From assembly GCF_963921235.1 (NCBI RefSeq), contig NC_086097.1, positions 230,022,001-230,086,000 of the forward strand: a DNA stretch of 64,000 nt, given 5' to 3'. Under the pieces are notes generated by a model that saw only the letters and a list, made by a program, of their open reading frames with translations, did not search any database and had not been told where the DNA came from. A program made the translations under genes and the position numbers. This stretch comes from Mobula hypostoma. Its lineage: Eukaryota. Within the stretch, counting starts at the first letter, position 1; every line of letters begins with the position of its first letter. Positions 25,952 to 38,100 of this stretch are shown here, one piece after another.

Positions 25952-28762
25952 TTAGTCCCACTCCCCCGCCTTCTCACCATAACCTTTGATGCCTTGGCTA
26001 CTCAGATACCTATCAATCTCTGCCTTAAATACACTCAATGACTTGGCCTCCACTGCTGCCCGTGGCAACAAATTCCATAGATTCACCACCCTCTGACTAA
26101 AAAAATTTCTTCGCATTTCTGTTCTGAATGGGTGCCCTACAATCCTTAAGTCATGCCCTCTCGTCCTAGACTCCCCCAACATGGGAAACAACTTTGCCAC
26201 ATCCACTCTGTCCATGCCTTTCAACATTCCAATTGTTTCTATGAGGTCTCCCCTCATTCTTCTAAACTCCAAGGAATACAGTCCAAGAGCGGACAAACGT
26301 TCCTCATATGTTAACCCTCTCATTCCCGGAATCATTTTAGTGAATCTTCTCTGTACTCTCTCCAATGTCAGCACATCCTTTCTTAAATAGGAGACCAAAA
26401 CTTCCCACAGTACTCCAAGTGAGGTCTCACCAGCGCCTTATAGAGCCTTAACATCACATCCCTGCTCCTATACTCTATTCCTCTAGAAATGAATGCTGAC
26501 ATTGCATTCGCCTTCTTCACTACTGACTCAACCTGGAGGTTAACCTTAAGGGTATCCTGTACGAGGACTCCCAAGTCCCGTTGCATCTCAGAACTTTGAA
26601 TTCTCTCCCTATTTAAATAATAGTCTGCCCATTTATTTCTTCTGCCAAAGTGCATAACCATACACTTTCCAACATTGTATTTCATTTGCCACTTCTTTGC
26701 CCATTCTTCCAATCTATCCAAGTCTCTCTGCAGACTCTCCGTTTCCTCAGCACTACCAGCCCCTCCACCTATCTTCGTATCATCAGCAAACTTAACCACA
26801 AAGCCATCTATTCCATAATCCAAATCTTTGATGTACAATGTAAAAAGAAGTGGCCTCAACACGGACCCCTGTGGAACACCACTGGTAACCGGCAGCCAAC
26901 CAGAATAGGATCCCTTTATTCCCACTGTCTGTTTCCTGCCAATCAGCCAACGCTCTATCCATGTATGTAACTTTCCCGTAATTCCATGGGCTCTTACCTT
27001 GTTAAGTAGCCTCATGTGTGGCACCTTGTCAAAGGCCTTCTGAAAATCCAAATATACAACATCCACTATCTCCCTTGTCTAGCCTACTAGTAATTTCCTC
27101 AAAAAATTGTAATAGGTTTGTCAGGCTGGATTTTCCTTTAAGGAATCCATGCTGAGTTCTGCCTATCTTGTCATATGCCTCCAGGTACTCTGTAACCTCA
27201 TCCTTGACAATCGATTCCAACAACTTCCCAACCACCGATGTCAAGCTAACAGGTCTATAATTTCCTTTTTGCTTCCTTGCCTCCTTCTTAAATAGCGGAG
27301 TGACATTTGCAATCTTCCAGTCCTCCGGAACCATGCCAGAATCTATCGACTTTTGAAAGATCATCGCTAATGCCTCCGCAATCTCCATAGCTACTTCCTT
27401 CAGAACACGAGGGTGCATTCCATCTGGTCCGGGAGATTTATCTACCTTTAGACTATTCAGCTTCCTGAGTACTTTTTCTGTCGTAATTGTGACTACGCAC
27501 ACTTCTCTTCCCTGCCATCCTTGAGTGTCCGGTATACTGCTGATGTCTTCCTCAGTGAAGACTAATGCAAAATACTCGTTCAGTTCCTCCACCATCTCCT
27601 TATCTCCCATTACAATTTCTCCAGCATCATTTTCTCTCGGCCCTATATCTACTCTCACCTGTCTTTTATTCTTTATATACTTGAAAAAGCTTTCAGTATC
27701 CTCTTTGATATTATTTGCTAGCTTCCTTTCATAGTTAATCTTTTCCCTCTTAATGACCTTCTTAGTTTCCTTTTGTAAGCTTTTAAAAATTTCCCAATTC
27801 TCTGTCTTCCCACTAATTTTTGCTTCCTTGTATGCCCTCTCCTTTGCTTTAACTTTGGCTTTGACTTCTCTTGTCCTTTTTCCATTCGAAAACTTCTTTT
27901 TTGGAATATACCTGTCTTGCACCTTCCTCACTTCTCACATAAACTCCAGCCACTGCTGCTCTGCCGTCTTTCCCACCAGTGTCCCTTTCCAGTCAACTTT
28001 GGCCAGTTCCTCTCTCGTGCCACTGTAGTTTCCTTTACTCCACTGAAACACCGACACATCAGATTTCGGCTTCTCTTTTTCTAATTTCACAGTGAACTCA
28101 ATCATGTTACGATCACTGCCTCCTAAGGGTTCCTTCACCTCAATCTCTCTAATCACCTCCGGTTCATTACACAATGCCCAATCCAGTACAGCCGATCCCC
28201 TAGTGGGCTCAACAACAAGCTGTTCTAAATAGCCATCTCGGCGACGTCCTACAAATTCTCTCTCTTGAGATCCAGTGCGGACCTGATTTTTCCAATCTAC
28301 TCGCATGTTAAAATCCTCCACAATTATCATAACACTGCCCTTCTGACAAGCCTTTTCTATTTCCTGTTGTAATTTGTAGTCCACATCACTGCAGCTGTTT
28401 GGAGGCCTATAAATAACTGCCATCAGGGTCCTTTTACCCCTGCTATTTCTTAGCTCAACCCATAAAGATTTTGCACCTTCCGATCCTATATCACCTCTTT
28501 CTAATGATTTAATATCATTGCTTACCAATAAAGCCACGCCTCCCCCTCTGCCTACCTTCTTATCCTTCCGATACACCATGTATCCTTGGACGTTCAGCTC
28601 CCAGAGACATGCATCCTTTAGCGATGTCTCAGTGATGGCCATAATATCATACCTGCCAATCTGTAGCTGTACAACAAGATCATCCACCTTATTCCTTATG
28701 CTGCGTGCATTTAAGTATAACACATTAAGACCAGTATTTGGTACTTTTCGCATTGATTTCAC
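25952..28762 (-). pseudogene. CR1-B ORF2 (APE endonuclease plus RT), a few stops and frameshifts
   Basis: Consecutive ORFs 27935-28762 (YLNARSIRNK, YRPPN, SDRNMI), 27029-27931, 26383-27066 (GVPQGSVL, KFADD) and 25952-26398. Confidence 0.92.
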
Positions 28763-28917
28763 TGCAACTTTATTCCACTACGACTCATCCCAATGGCTAC
28801 AAATTTGCCCCATCACCTGCCTGTCTTTCTTGACTTCTTTACTGCTCACTATCTTAGATTTATTTCTGTTTTCCCCTTCCTCCGCTCTATCATTCCGGTT
28901 CCCATCCCCCTGCTAAA

Positions 28918-29845
28918 TTAGTTTAAACCCTCCCTAACAGCTCTATTAAGCTTTCCCGGCAGGATATTGGTCCCCTTTGGGTTCAGGTGTAACTTGTTCA
29001 TTTTGAACAGGTTATACTTCCCCCAGAAGAGATCCCAATTATCCAAGAACCTGAAGCCCTGCCCCCTGCACCAGTCTCTCAGCCACGCATTCATCTGCCT
29101 GATCCTACTGTTCTTGCCCTCGCTAGCACGTGGCACAGGTAGCAATCCCAAGATTACTACCCTGGAGGTCCTGCTTCTCAGCTTCCTTCCTAACTCCCAG
29201 AAATCTCTCTTCAGGACCTTCTCCTTTGTCCTATCTATGTCATTAGTACCAACATGTACCAAGACAACTGTCTGCTCACCCTCCCCCTTCAGAATATTCT
29301 GGACGTGATCTGAGACATCCTGTACCCTGGCACCTGGGAGGCAACACACCATGCGGGTATCTCTATCAGGCTCACAGAATCACCTGTCCGTTCCCCTGAC
29401 TATGGAATCCCCTATGACAACCGCATTCCTCTTCTCCCTCCTTCTCTCCTGCACAACAGCGCCAGGCTCAGTGCCAGAGACCCGGTCACCGTGGGCGTCC
29501 CCTGTCAGGTCACGCCCCTCAACAGCATCCAGAACAAGATATTTGTTGCTGAGGGGGACAGCCACAGGGGTGCTCTCCACTATCCGGGCATTTCCCTTCC
29601 CTCTGCTGACAGTGACCCAGTTTTCTGACCCCTGTAGCCTAGGGATGACTACCTCCCTGTAGCTCCTGTTGATCACTTTCCCTAATAAGCAGTAGGTCAT
29701 CAAGCTGCAGCTCCAGATCCCTAACATGGTCTCTGAGGAGCTGCAACTCGGTGCACCTGGTGCAGATGTGGCCATCAGGGAGGCTGGAGGTCTCCCAGGA
29801 TTCCCACATCTGATACCCTGAACAAAGCACTAACCCTGCAGGCAT
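28918..29845 (-). pseudogene. CR1-B ORF1 (zinc finger/coiled coil plus SGNH esterase), frameshifted
   Basis: HICTRCTELQLLRDHVRDLE; VIGDSIVRG; HVGTNDID; LHLNPKG. Confidence 0.88.
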
Positions 29846-29865
29846 GCTATCTAATTTTACAGGAA

Positions 29866-32323
29866 TTAGAACATAGAATAGTACAGCACAGTACAGGCCC
29901 TTCGGCCCACAATGTTGTGCTGATCCTCAAACCCTGCCTCCCATATAACCCCCCACCTTAAATTCCTCCATATACCTGTCTAGTAGTCTCTTAAACTTCA
30001 CGAGTGTATCTGCCTCCACCACTGACTCAGGCAGTGCATTCCACGCACCAACCACTCTCTGAGTAAAAAACCTTCCTCTATTATCCCCCTTGAACTTCCC
30101 ACCCCTTAGCTTAAAGCCATGTCCTCTTGTACTGAGCAGTGGTGCCCTGGGAAAGAGGCGCTGGCTATCCACTCTATCTATTCCTCTTATTATCTTGTAC
30201 ACCTCTATCATGTCTTCTCTCATCTTCCCTCTCTCCAAAGAGTAAAGCCCTAGCTCCCTTAATCTCTGATCATAATGCATACTTTCTAAACCAGGCAGCA
30301 TCCTGGTAAATCTTCTCTGTACCCTTTCCAATGCTTCCACATCCTTCCTATAGTGAGGCAACCAAAACTGGACACTGTACTCCAAGTGTGGCCTAACCAG
30401 AGTTTTATAGAGCTGCATCATTACATCGTGACTCTTAAACTCTATTCCTCGACTTCTGAAAGCTAACACCCCATAAGCTTTCTTAACTACCCTATCCACC
30501 TGTGAGGCAACTTTCAGGGATCTGTGGACATGTACCCCCAGATCCCTCTGCTCCTCCACACTACAAAGTATCCTGCCATTTACTTTGTACTTTGCCTTGG
30601 AGTTTGTCCTTCCAAAGTGTACCACCTCACACTTCTCCAGGTTGAACTCCATCTGCCACTTCTCAGCCCACTTCTGCATCCTATCACCGTCTCTCTGCAA
30701 TCTTTGACAATCCTCTACACTATCTACAACACCACTAACCTTTGCGTCATCTGCAAACTTGCTAACCCACCCTTCTACTCCCTCATCCAGGTCGTTAATA
30801 AAAATCACAAAAAGTAGAGGTCCCAGAACAGATCCTTGTGGAACACCACTAGTCACAATCCTCCAATCTGAATGTACTCCCTCCACCACGACCCTCTGCC
30901 TTCTGCAGGCAAGCCAATTCTGAATCCACTTGGCCAAACTTCCCTGGATCCCATGCCTTCTGACTTTCTGAATAAGCCTACCATGTGGAACCTTGTCAAA
31001 TGCCTTACTAAAATCCATATAGATCACATCCACTGCACTATCCTCATCTATATGCCTGGTCACCTCCTCAAAGAACTCTATCAGGCTTGTTAGACACAAT
31101 CTTCCCTTCACAAAGCCATGCTGACTGTCCCTGATCAGACCATGATTCTCTAAATGCCCAGAGATCCTATCACTAAGAATCTTTTCCAACAGCTTTCCCA
31201 CCACAGATGTAAGGCTCACTGGTCTATAATTACCCAGACTATCCCTACTACCTTTTTTGAACAAGGGGACAACATTCACCTCCCTCCAATCCTCTGGTAC
31301 CATTCCCGTGGACAACGAGGACTTAAAGATCCTAGCCAGAGGCTCAGCAATCTCTTCCCTCACCATGTGGAGCAGCCTGGGGAATATTCCGTCAGGCCCC
31401 GGGGATTTATCTGTCCTAATGTATTTTAACAACTCCAACACCTCCTCTCCCTTAATATCAACATGCTCCAGAACATCAACCTCACTCATATTGTCCTCAC
31501 CATCATCAAGTTCCCTCTCATTGGTGAATACCGAAGAGAAGGATTCATTGAGGACCTCACTCAGTTCCACAGCCTCCAGGCACATCTTCCCACCTTTATC
31601 TCTAATCGGTCCTACCTTCACTCGTGTCATCCTTTTTTCCTTCACATAATTGAAGAATGCCTAGAGGTTTTCTTTTACCCTACTCGCCAAGGCCTTCTCA
31701 TGCCCCCTTCTTGCTCTCCTCAGCCCCTTCTTAAGCTCCTTTCTTGTTACCCTATATTCCTCAAGAGACCCATCTGATCCTTGCTTCCTAAACCTCATGT
31801 ATGCTGCCTTCTTCCACCTGACTAGATTTTCCACCTTACTTGATACCCATGGTTCCTTCACCCTACCATTCTTTATCTGCCTCATTGGGACAAATTTATC
31901 CCCAACATCCTGCAAGAGATCTCTAAAGATCAACCACATGTCCATAGTACATTTCCCTGCAAAAACATCATCCCAATTCACACCCGCAAGTTCTAGCCTT
32001 ATAGCCTCATAATTTGCCCTTCCCCAATTAAAAATTTTCCTGTCCTCTCTGATTCTATCCTTTTCCCTAGTCAGCCTGTCCACATACTGTGACAGGAATC
32101 CATCCTGGACACACTTAACAAACTCTGCCCCATCTAAACCCTTGGAACTAATCAGGTGCCAATCAATATTAGGGAAGTTAAAGTCACCCATGATAACAAC
32201 CCTGTTATTTTTGTACCTTTCCAAAATCTGCCTCCCAATCTGCTCCTCTGTATCTCTGCTGCTACCACAGGGCCTATAGAATACCCCCAGTAGAGTAACT
32301 GCTCCCTTCCTGTTCCTGACTTC
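29866..32323 (-). mobile_element. 5'-truncated young CR1 (copy 'C') inserted in the 5' UTR of B
   Basis: TSD CAGGAA at 29860-29865 and 32324-32329; 3' tail at ~29867; same subfamily as 35182-39938. Confidence 0.92.
29927..32224 (-). pseudogene. CR1-C ORF2: uninterrupted 572-aa RT/C-terminal frame, one upstream nonsense codon, and an internal deletion in the endonuclease
   Basis: ORF 29927-31645 has complete RT motifs (NYRPVSLTS, DFSKAFDKV, GVPQGSVLGP, KFADD); ORF 31661-32224 is in the same frame and ends ENL*. Confidence 0.92.
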
Positions 32324-32649
32324 CAGGAAACAGGAAAAATTAGTTTACTCACCCACTTACCTCACCAAAGAGATTAACTTTTTAAACTGTTAGCTGTGAG
32401 AGCCCTGCTGTTCCTGTCTGTCCGGGCCAATTTACGAAGGCGGGGGGGGGAGAGAAAAAAAGTTGGTGCTTTGCTCTCGCCTCTTTCTGTTTACCGCCGA
32501 AGCCTGTTGACACCAAAGCCCGACACTCTGCTACCGCTCACTCCGCTGCCCGCTCCGACAGCTACCCGCTGTATAGGGTGGTCTCCTTTTTAAACTCTCC
32601 GTGCTGTCCTGTTACATCACGCACCTGCGCAGTCTTGTCCTTCTGGTAA

Positions 32650-33790
32650 ATTCCATCTGCCACTTCTTTGCCCATGCCCCCAATCTGTCCAAATCCTTCT
32701 GCAGACTCTCCGCTTCCTCAACACTAACTGCCCCTCCATCCATCTTCATATCGTCCACAAAGCCATCAGTTCCATCATCCAAATCATTGACATATAACAT
32801 GAAAAGAAACAGTCCCAACACAGACCCCTGTGGAACACCACTAGTTACTGGCAGCCAATGCAAAAAGGCCCCTTTATTTTACTCTTTGCCTCCTGCCAGT
32901 CATCTGATCATCTATCCATGCTAGTACCTTTCCTGTAATACCCCGGTCTATCTTGTTAAGCAGCCTCATGTGCAGCAGCTTGTCAAAGGCCTTCTGAAAA
33001 TCTAAGTATATATTATTCACTGACTCTGTCATTTCTGCCTGTTATTTCCTCAAAGGATTTCAACAGGTTTGTCACGAAATATTTCCCCTTAAAAAAACCA
33101 TGCTGACATTGGCCTACATTATCCCTCCAAGTACACTGAAACCTCATCCTTAATAATGGACTTCAACATCTTCCCAACCACTGAAGTCAGGCTAACTGGC
33201 CTATTCTTAATTTCCTTTCTTCTGCCTCTCTTCCTTTTTAAAGAGTGGAGTGCATTTCTAATTTTCCAGTCCTCCAGAACCATTCCAGAATCTGGCGGTT
33301 CGTGAAAGATCATTACTAACACCTCCTCAATCTCTTCGGCTACCCCTTTCAAAATCCTGAGGTGTAGTTCATCTACCCCAAGCGACTTATCTACATTCAG
33401 ACTTTTCAGCTTCACAAGCACCTTCTCCTTAGTGATAACAACTATATTCATCCCTACCCCCGACAATCACAAACTTCTAGCATACTGCTTCTGTCTACCA
33501 CAGTGAAGAATGATGTAAAATACTTATTACATCCATCTGTCATTCGTTTGTCCCTCAGTACTATCTTTCCAGCGTCATTTTCACATGGTCCAATATCCAC
33601 TCTTACCTTTTTTTAAAAACTCTTTATATATCTGAAAAAACTATTGGCATCCTCTGACATTATTGCCTAGCTTACCTTCATATTTCATCCTTCCTCTCCT
33701 CAAGGCATTTTTAGTTGCCTTCTGTTGGTTTTTAAAAGCTTTCCAATCATCCAACTTCCCATTTTATTTTATCCCATTTTATTTTGCTAT
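32650..33790 (-). mobile_element. Older CR1 (host 'A'), 5' part
   Basis: ORFs 32612-32863 (GVPQGSVLG..FVDD) and 33119-33466 (RPVSLTSVVGKML). Confidence 0.85.
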
Positions 33791-34527
33791 ATTATATGCC
33801 TTCTTTATTTCTCAGTGTCAAAAAGATTAAAGAAACGTTTTAAGCAGCAGCCTTTTGACAGCAAACACGCTTCACTGTGAAGAAGCAAGTGTCAAACTCC
33901 TCATTGTCATTTTGGCATAACTGGCAAAATATCATGCTATTTAATTTTGTTGATATCAGATATTACAAGAGTCATTCTTGAAAAAAAAGTCACTGGCTGA
34001 GGTTTTTGACTGCAAGAACTTGACAATGAATTACACAATGGAATGCAAATAGACTTGGAATTTCTTTTTTCATAAATGCCACTAAGCCAGCATGGCAACC
34101 TTAATATATGGTGCTCCTTCTGTTGCACAAGAAATCACAAGAAATTGGAATTCTATTATCCTCAAAATACATGTTGAGCTTGTCATAGATTGATTCTCTA
34201 TTGATGTTTGTTTGTAACTTTTTACAAAACAGTACCTTTCCATTTTTGATAAACTGTACATATGCCATTAGCAACGTCTCCTTGTCTCACACAGTTCACT
34301 CCTCAAGTTGTATCTACAATTCTGTATTTTGGAGTTCTGTGCATAGCTGATACTCAATGTCTTCACTCATCTCATCAGTACAACCAGCTACAGAGTTATT
34401 ACTCAAAAGAATTGATTTTAAAATACTGGTATCCATTTTGAGAACAGTGGTCAGCACTTCTGATACAGCAGGCATTATTATTCTTTCATCAATTGTATGA
34501 GATTTTCCACACTTTGCTATCATTTTG
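33790..34527 (-). pseudogene. hAT-superfamily (Buster/Charlie-like) transposase fossil
   Basis: Minus-strand translation IAKCGKSHTIDERII..LSNNSV..EMSEDIE..IQLEE*T..LLMAYVQF..LFCKKL..CATEGAP..FHCVIHCQVLAVK follows Buster motif order (KPHTIGE, LSNNTV, QLDEST, CTDGA, HCxxH); multiple stops and frameshifts. Confidence 0.8.
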
Positions 34528-35181
34528 GAAATGGAACAATAGTGTGGATTATTACCTAAATGGGGAGAAGGTTCAAGCAGAGGTACAAAAGGACTTAGGA
34601 GTCTTCATGCAGGACTCCCAGAAGGTTGATTTACAGGTTGAATCTGTGGTAAAGGCGGCAAATGCAATGTTGCCATTTATTTCAAGGGGAACAGAATATA
34701 AAAGCAAGGAGTTAACGTTGGGCCTTTGTAAGACACTAGTCGGGCCGCACTTGGAGTATTGTCAATGGTTTTGGGCCCCATGTTTCAGAAAGGGTATGTT
34801 GTCATTGGGGAGAGTCCAGAGGAGGTTCACAAGGATGATTCCGGGAATGAAAGGGTTAACATACAAGTAGTGTTTGGCAGTTTGGGCCTGTACTCACTGG
34901 AATTTAAAAGAATTCAGGGGTTCTCATTGAAACCTACTGAATGTTGAAAGGACTAGATAGAGTTGATGAGGAGAGGTTGTTTCCTATGGTGGAGGTGTCC
35001 AGAACCAGAGGGCACAGCCACAAAATTGAGGGTGACCTTTTAAAACAAAGGTAAGGAGGAATTTTTTTTAAAAGCCAAAGAGTAGTGAATCTGTGGATTG
35101 CTCCGCACAGACTGCGATGGAGGCCAAGTCCGCGAGTATATTTAAGGTGGAAGTTGATCATTTCCTGATCAGTCAGGTCAT
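34528..35181 (+). mobile_element. Older CR1 3' fragment (continues at 39939-40065)
   Basis: ORF 34493-34870 (KTLVGPHLEYC); ...TCAGGTCAT joins to ATCAATGGATATGGCGAGAAGG after removing copy D. Confidence 0.85.
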
Positions 35182-38100
35182 TTCTTCGGCAGTTTGAACG
35201 GGGCACGAATGCGCAAGCGCGTGAAGGCCGGCCTGTGAGAAAAGCCGGAGAGTTTTAAAAGCGAGCAGATTAATAGAGCGGGTGACGGAGTAGTGGGAGA
35301 CAGAGTAGGAAGGCTTTGGCTCGAGAGGCTTCGGTGAGCAGAGGCTGAGGACGAGCTTGCTCCCAGTGAGGTAAGGCCGGGTAAGTTCCTTTAATTAATT
35401 AACTTAGAAGTAGGTGATGGAGGCAGCAGTTAGGGCAGTCGAGTGCTCCATTTGCAGTATGTGGGAAGTCAGGGCGAGCACAATTGTCCTGATGACTACA
35501 CCTGTAAAAGGTGCATCAAACTGCAGCTCCTGACAAACCGAGTTAGGGAACTGGAACTGGAGCTGGATGAACTATGGATCATTCAGGAGGCACAGGCAGA
35601 AATACACAGGAGTTACAGGGAGATAGTCACCCTAAAAGTCAGGAGACAGGTAGCTGGGTGACTGTCAGGAGAGGGAAGGGGTATAGACAGAATGAGCAGA
35701 GCACCCCTGTGGCCGTTCCCATCAATAATTAGTACATCGTTTTGGATACTGTTGGTGGGAACAACCTACCAGGGACAAGTTGCAGTGATCGCGTCTCTGG
35801 CACCGAGAGGAGAGCAGTAGTGATAGGGGATTTGATAGTTACGGGGACAGATAAGAGGTTCTGTGGAAGAGATCGAGAATCCCGAATGGTCTGTTGCCTC
35901 CCTGGTGCCAAGGTCAATGATATCTCGGATCGAGTTCTTAGTATTCACAGGAGGGAGGGTGAGCAGCCAGATGTTGTGGTCCATCTAGGGACCAGTGACA
36001 TGGATAGGAAGGAGGAGGAGGTCCTACAAAGAGACTTTAGGGAGTTAGGTACAAAGTTGAAGGACAAGACCTCCAGGGTTGCAATCTCAGGATTGCTAGC
36101 CATGCCACATGCTAGTGAGGCTAGAAATAGGAAGATATTACAGCTAAATATGTGGCTAAGGAGTTGGTGCAGGAGGGAGGGCTTCATGTTTCTAGACAAT
36201 TGGGCCTTGTTCCAGGGAAGGTGGGACCTGTTCCGACAGGACGGGTTGCACCTGAACTGGAGGGGACTAACATCCTTGCAGGAAGGTTTGCTAGTGCTGC
36301 TCCGGGGGGCGGTTTAAACTAGATTTGCAGGGGGAAGGGAACCAAGTGTGTTAGAGCAGATAGTGAAGTGGAGGAGGATAAAGGTCATGCGAGAACTGCA
36401 AGTATAGTGCATGGAGTAAAGCCAGATCTAACATATAAAGAGGCTTTGAGGAAAGAGAAGCAGAATAAAGGGTGTAAAGACAGTAAGGTAGAAGGGCTAA
36501 AGTGCGTGTACTTCAATGCAAAAAGCATCAGGAACAAAGGTGATGAACTGAGAGCTTGGATAAATACATGGAATTATGATCTAGTGACCATTCCAGAGAC
36601 TTGGCTGGCAGCAGGGCAGGAATGGATTCTCAATATTCCTGGATTTCAGTGCTTTAAAAGGGATAGAGAGTGGGGAAAGGGGAGGAGGGGTGGCATTACT
36701 GGTCAGGGATACTATTACAGCTACAGAAAGGGTGGGTAATGTAGCAGGATCCCCTTTTGAGTCAGTATGGGTGGAAGTCAGGAACAGGAAGGGAGCAGTT
36801 ACTATATTGGGAGTATTCTATTGGGAGCAGAGAGGGAGGCAGATTTTGGAGGGGTGCAAAAATAACAGGGTTGTTATCATGGGCGACTTTAACTTCCCTA
36901 ATATTGATTGGCACCTGATTAGTTCCAATGGCTTAGATGGGGCAGAGTTTAAGTGTGCCCAGGACGGATTCCTGTTAAAGTATGTTGACAGGCTGACAAG
37001 GGGGGAATTAGATTATGAAGACATGCAGTCCTCTTTTATTGTCATTTAGTAATGCATGCATTAAGAAATGATGCAATATTTCCTCCGATGTGATATCACA
37101 AAACAGGACAGACCAAGACTAAAAAAAACTGACAAAACCACATAATTATAACATATAGTTACAACAGTGCAACAATACTATAACTTGATGAAGAAGTCCA
37201 TGAGCACGGTAAAAAGTTCAAAGTCTCTCAAATGTCCCACATCTCACGCAGACGGGAGAAGGAAGAAAAACTCTCCCTGCCATAACCGACCACGGTCCGA
37301 CTCTGAGTCATCTGAAAACTTCGAGCTCTGATCAGCTCTCCGACACCGAGTACTGAGCGCCATCTCTATCCGAACGATTCGACCTCCATCTCGGTCACCA
37401 ACAGCAGGCAAAGCCGGGGATTTTGAGGCCTTCCCTCTGAAAGATTCCTGATCACGCAGTAACAACAGCAGCGAACTGGCGTTTCAGAAATTTTTCCAGA
37501 TATTCCTCTGTGCTTTCATGTCCGTCTCCATCAAATCAGAATTGTCCATGGCCCCCATTTAACAGATACGGTATCATTTTTCACCGGAGGGCTGCGTACG
37601 CACAGCGCGCTGCTCTCTCTCCTCCCACAATGCCATACTAGATCTACTATTAGGTAACGAACCGGGTCAGGTCACAGATCTCTCAGTGGGTGAGCATCTG
37701 GGGGACAGTGACCACCGCTCCCTGGTCTTTAGCATTATCATGGAAAAGGATAGAATCAGAGAGGGCAGGAAAATTTTTAATTGGAGAAGGGCAAATTATG
37801 AGGCTATAAGGCTAGAACTTGCGGGTGTGAATTGGGATGATGCTTTTGCAGGGAAATATACTATGGACATGTGGTTGATGTTTAGAGATCTCTTGCAGGA
37901 TGTTAGGGATAAATTTGTTCCGGTGAGGAAGATCAAGAATGGTAGGGTGAAGGAACCATGGGTGACAAGTGAGGTGGAAAATCTAGTCAGGTGGAAGAAG
38001 GCAGCATACATGAGGTTTAGGAAGCAAGGATCAGATGGGTCTATTGAGGAAGATAGGGAAGCAAGAAAGAAGCTTTAGAAGGGGCTGAGAAGAGCAAGAA

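Larger units (their letters stand above)
25872..32649 (-). mobile_element. Full-length CR1 (copy 'B') nested in A and itself interrupted by C
   Basis: TSD ATTCCAT at 25865-25871 and 32650-32656; 5' UTR 32330-32649; ORF1 29845-28918; ORF2 28762-25952. Confidence 0.92.

Noticed and set aside
29927..31645. 572-aa RT ORF as an active or domesticated gene
   Set aside because: The element is 5'-truncated, with an endonuclease deletion and an upstream nonsense codon; the open frame is explained by young age
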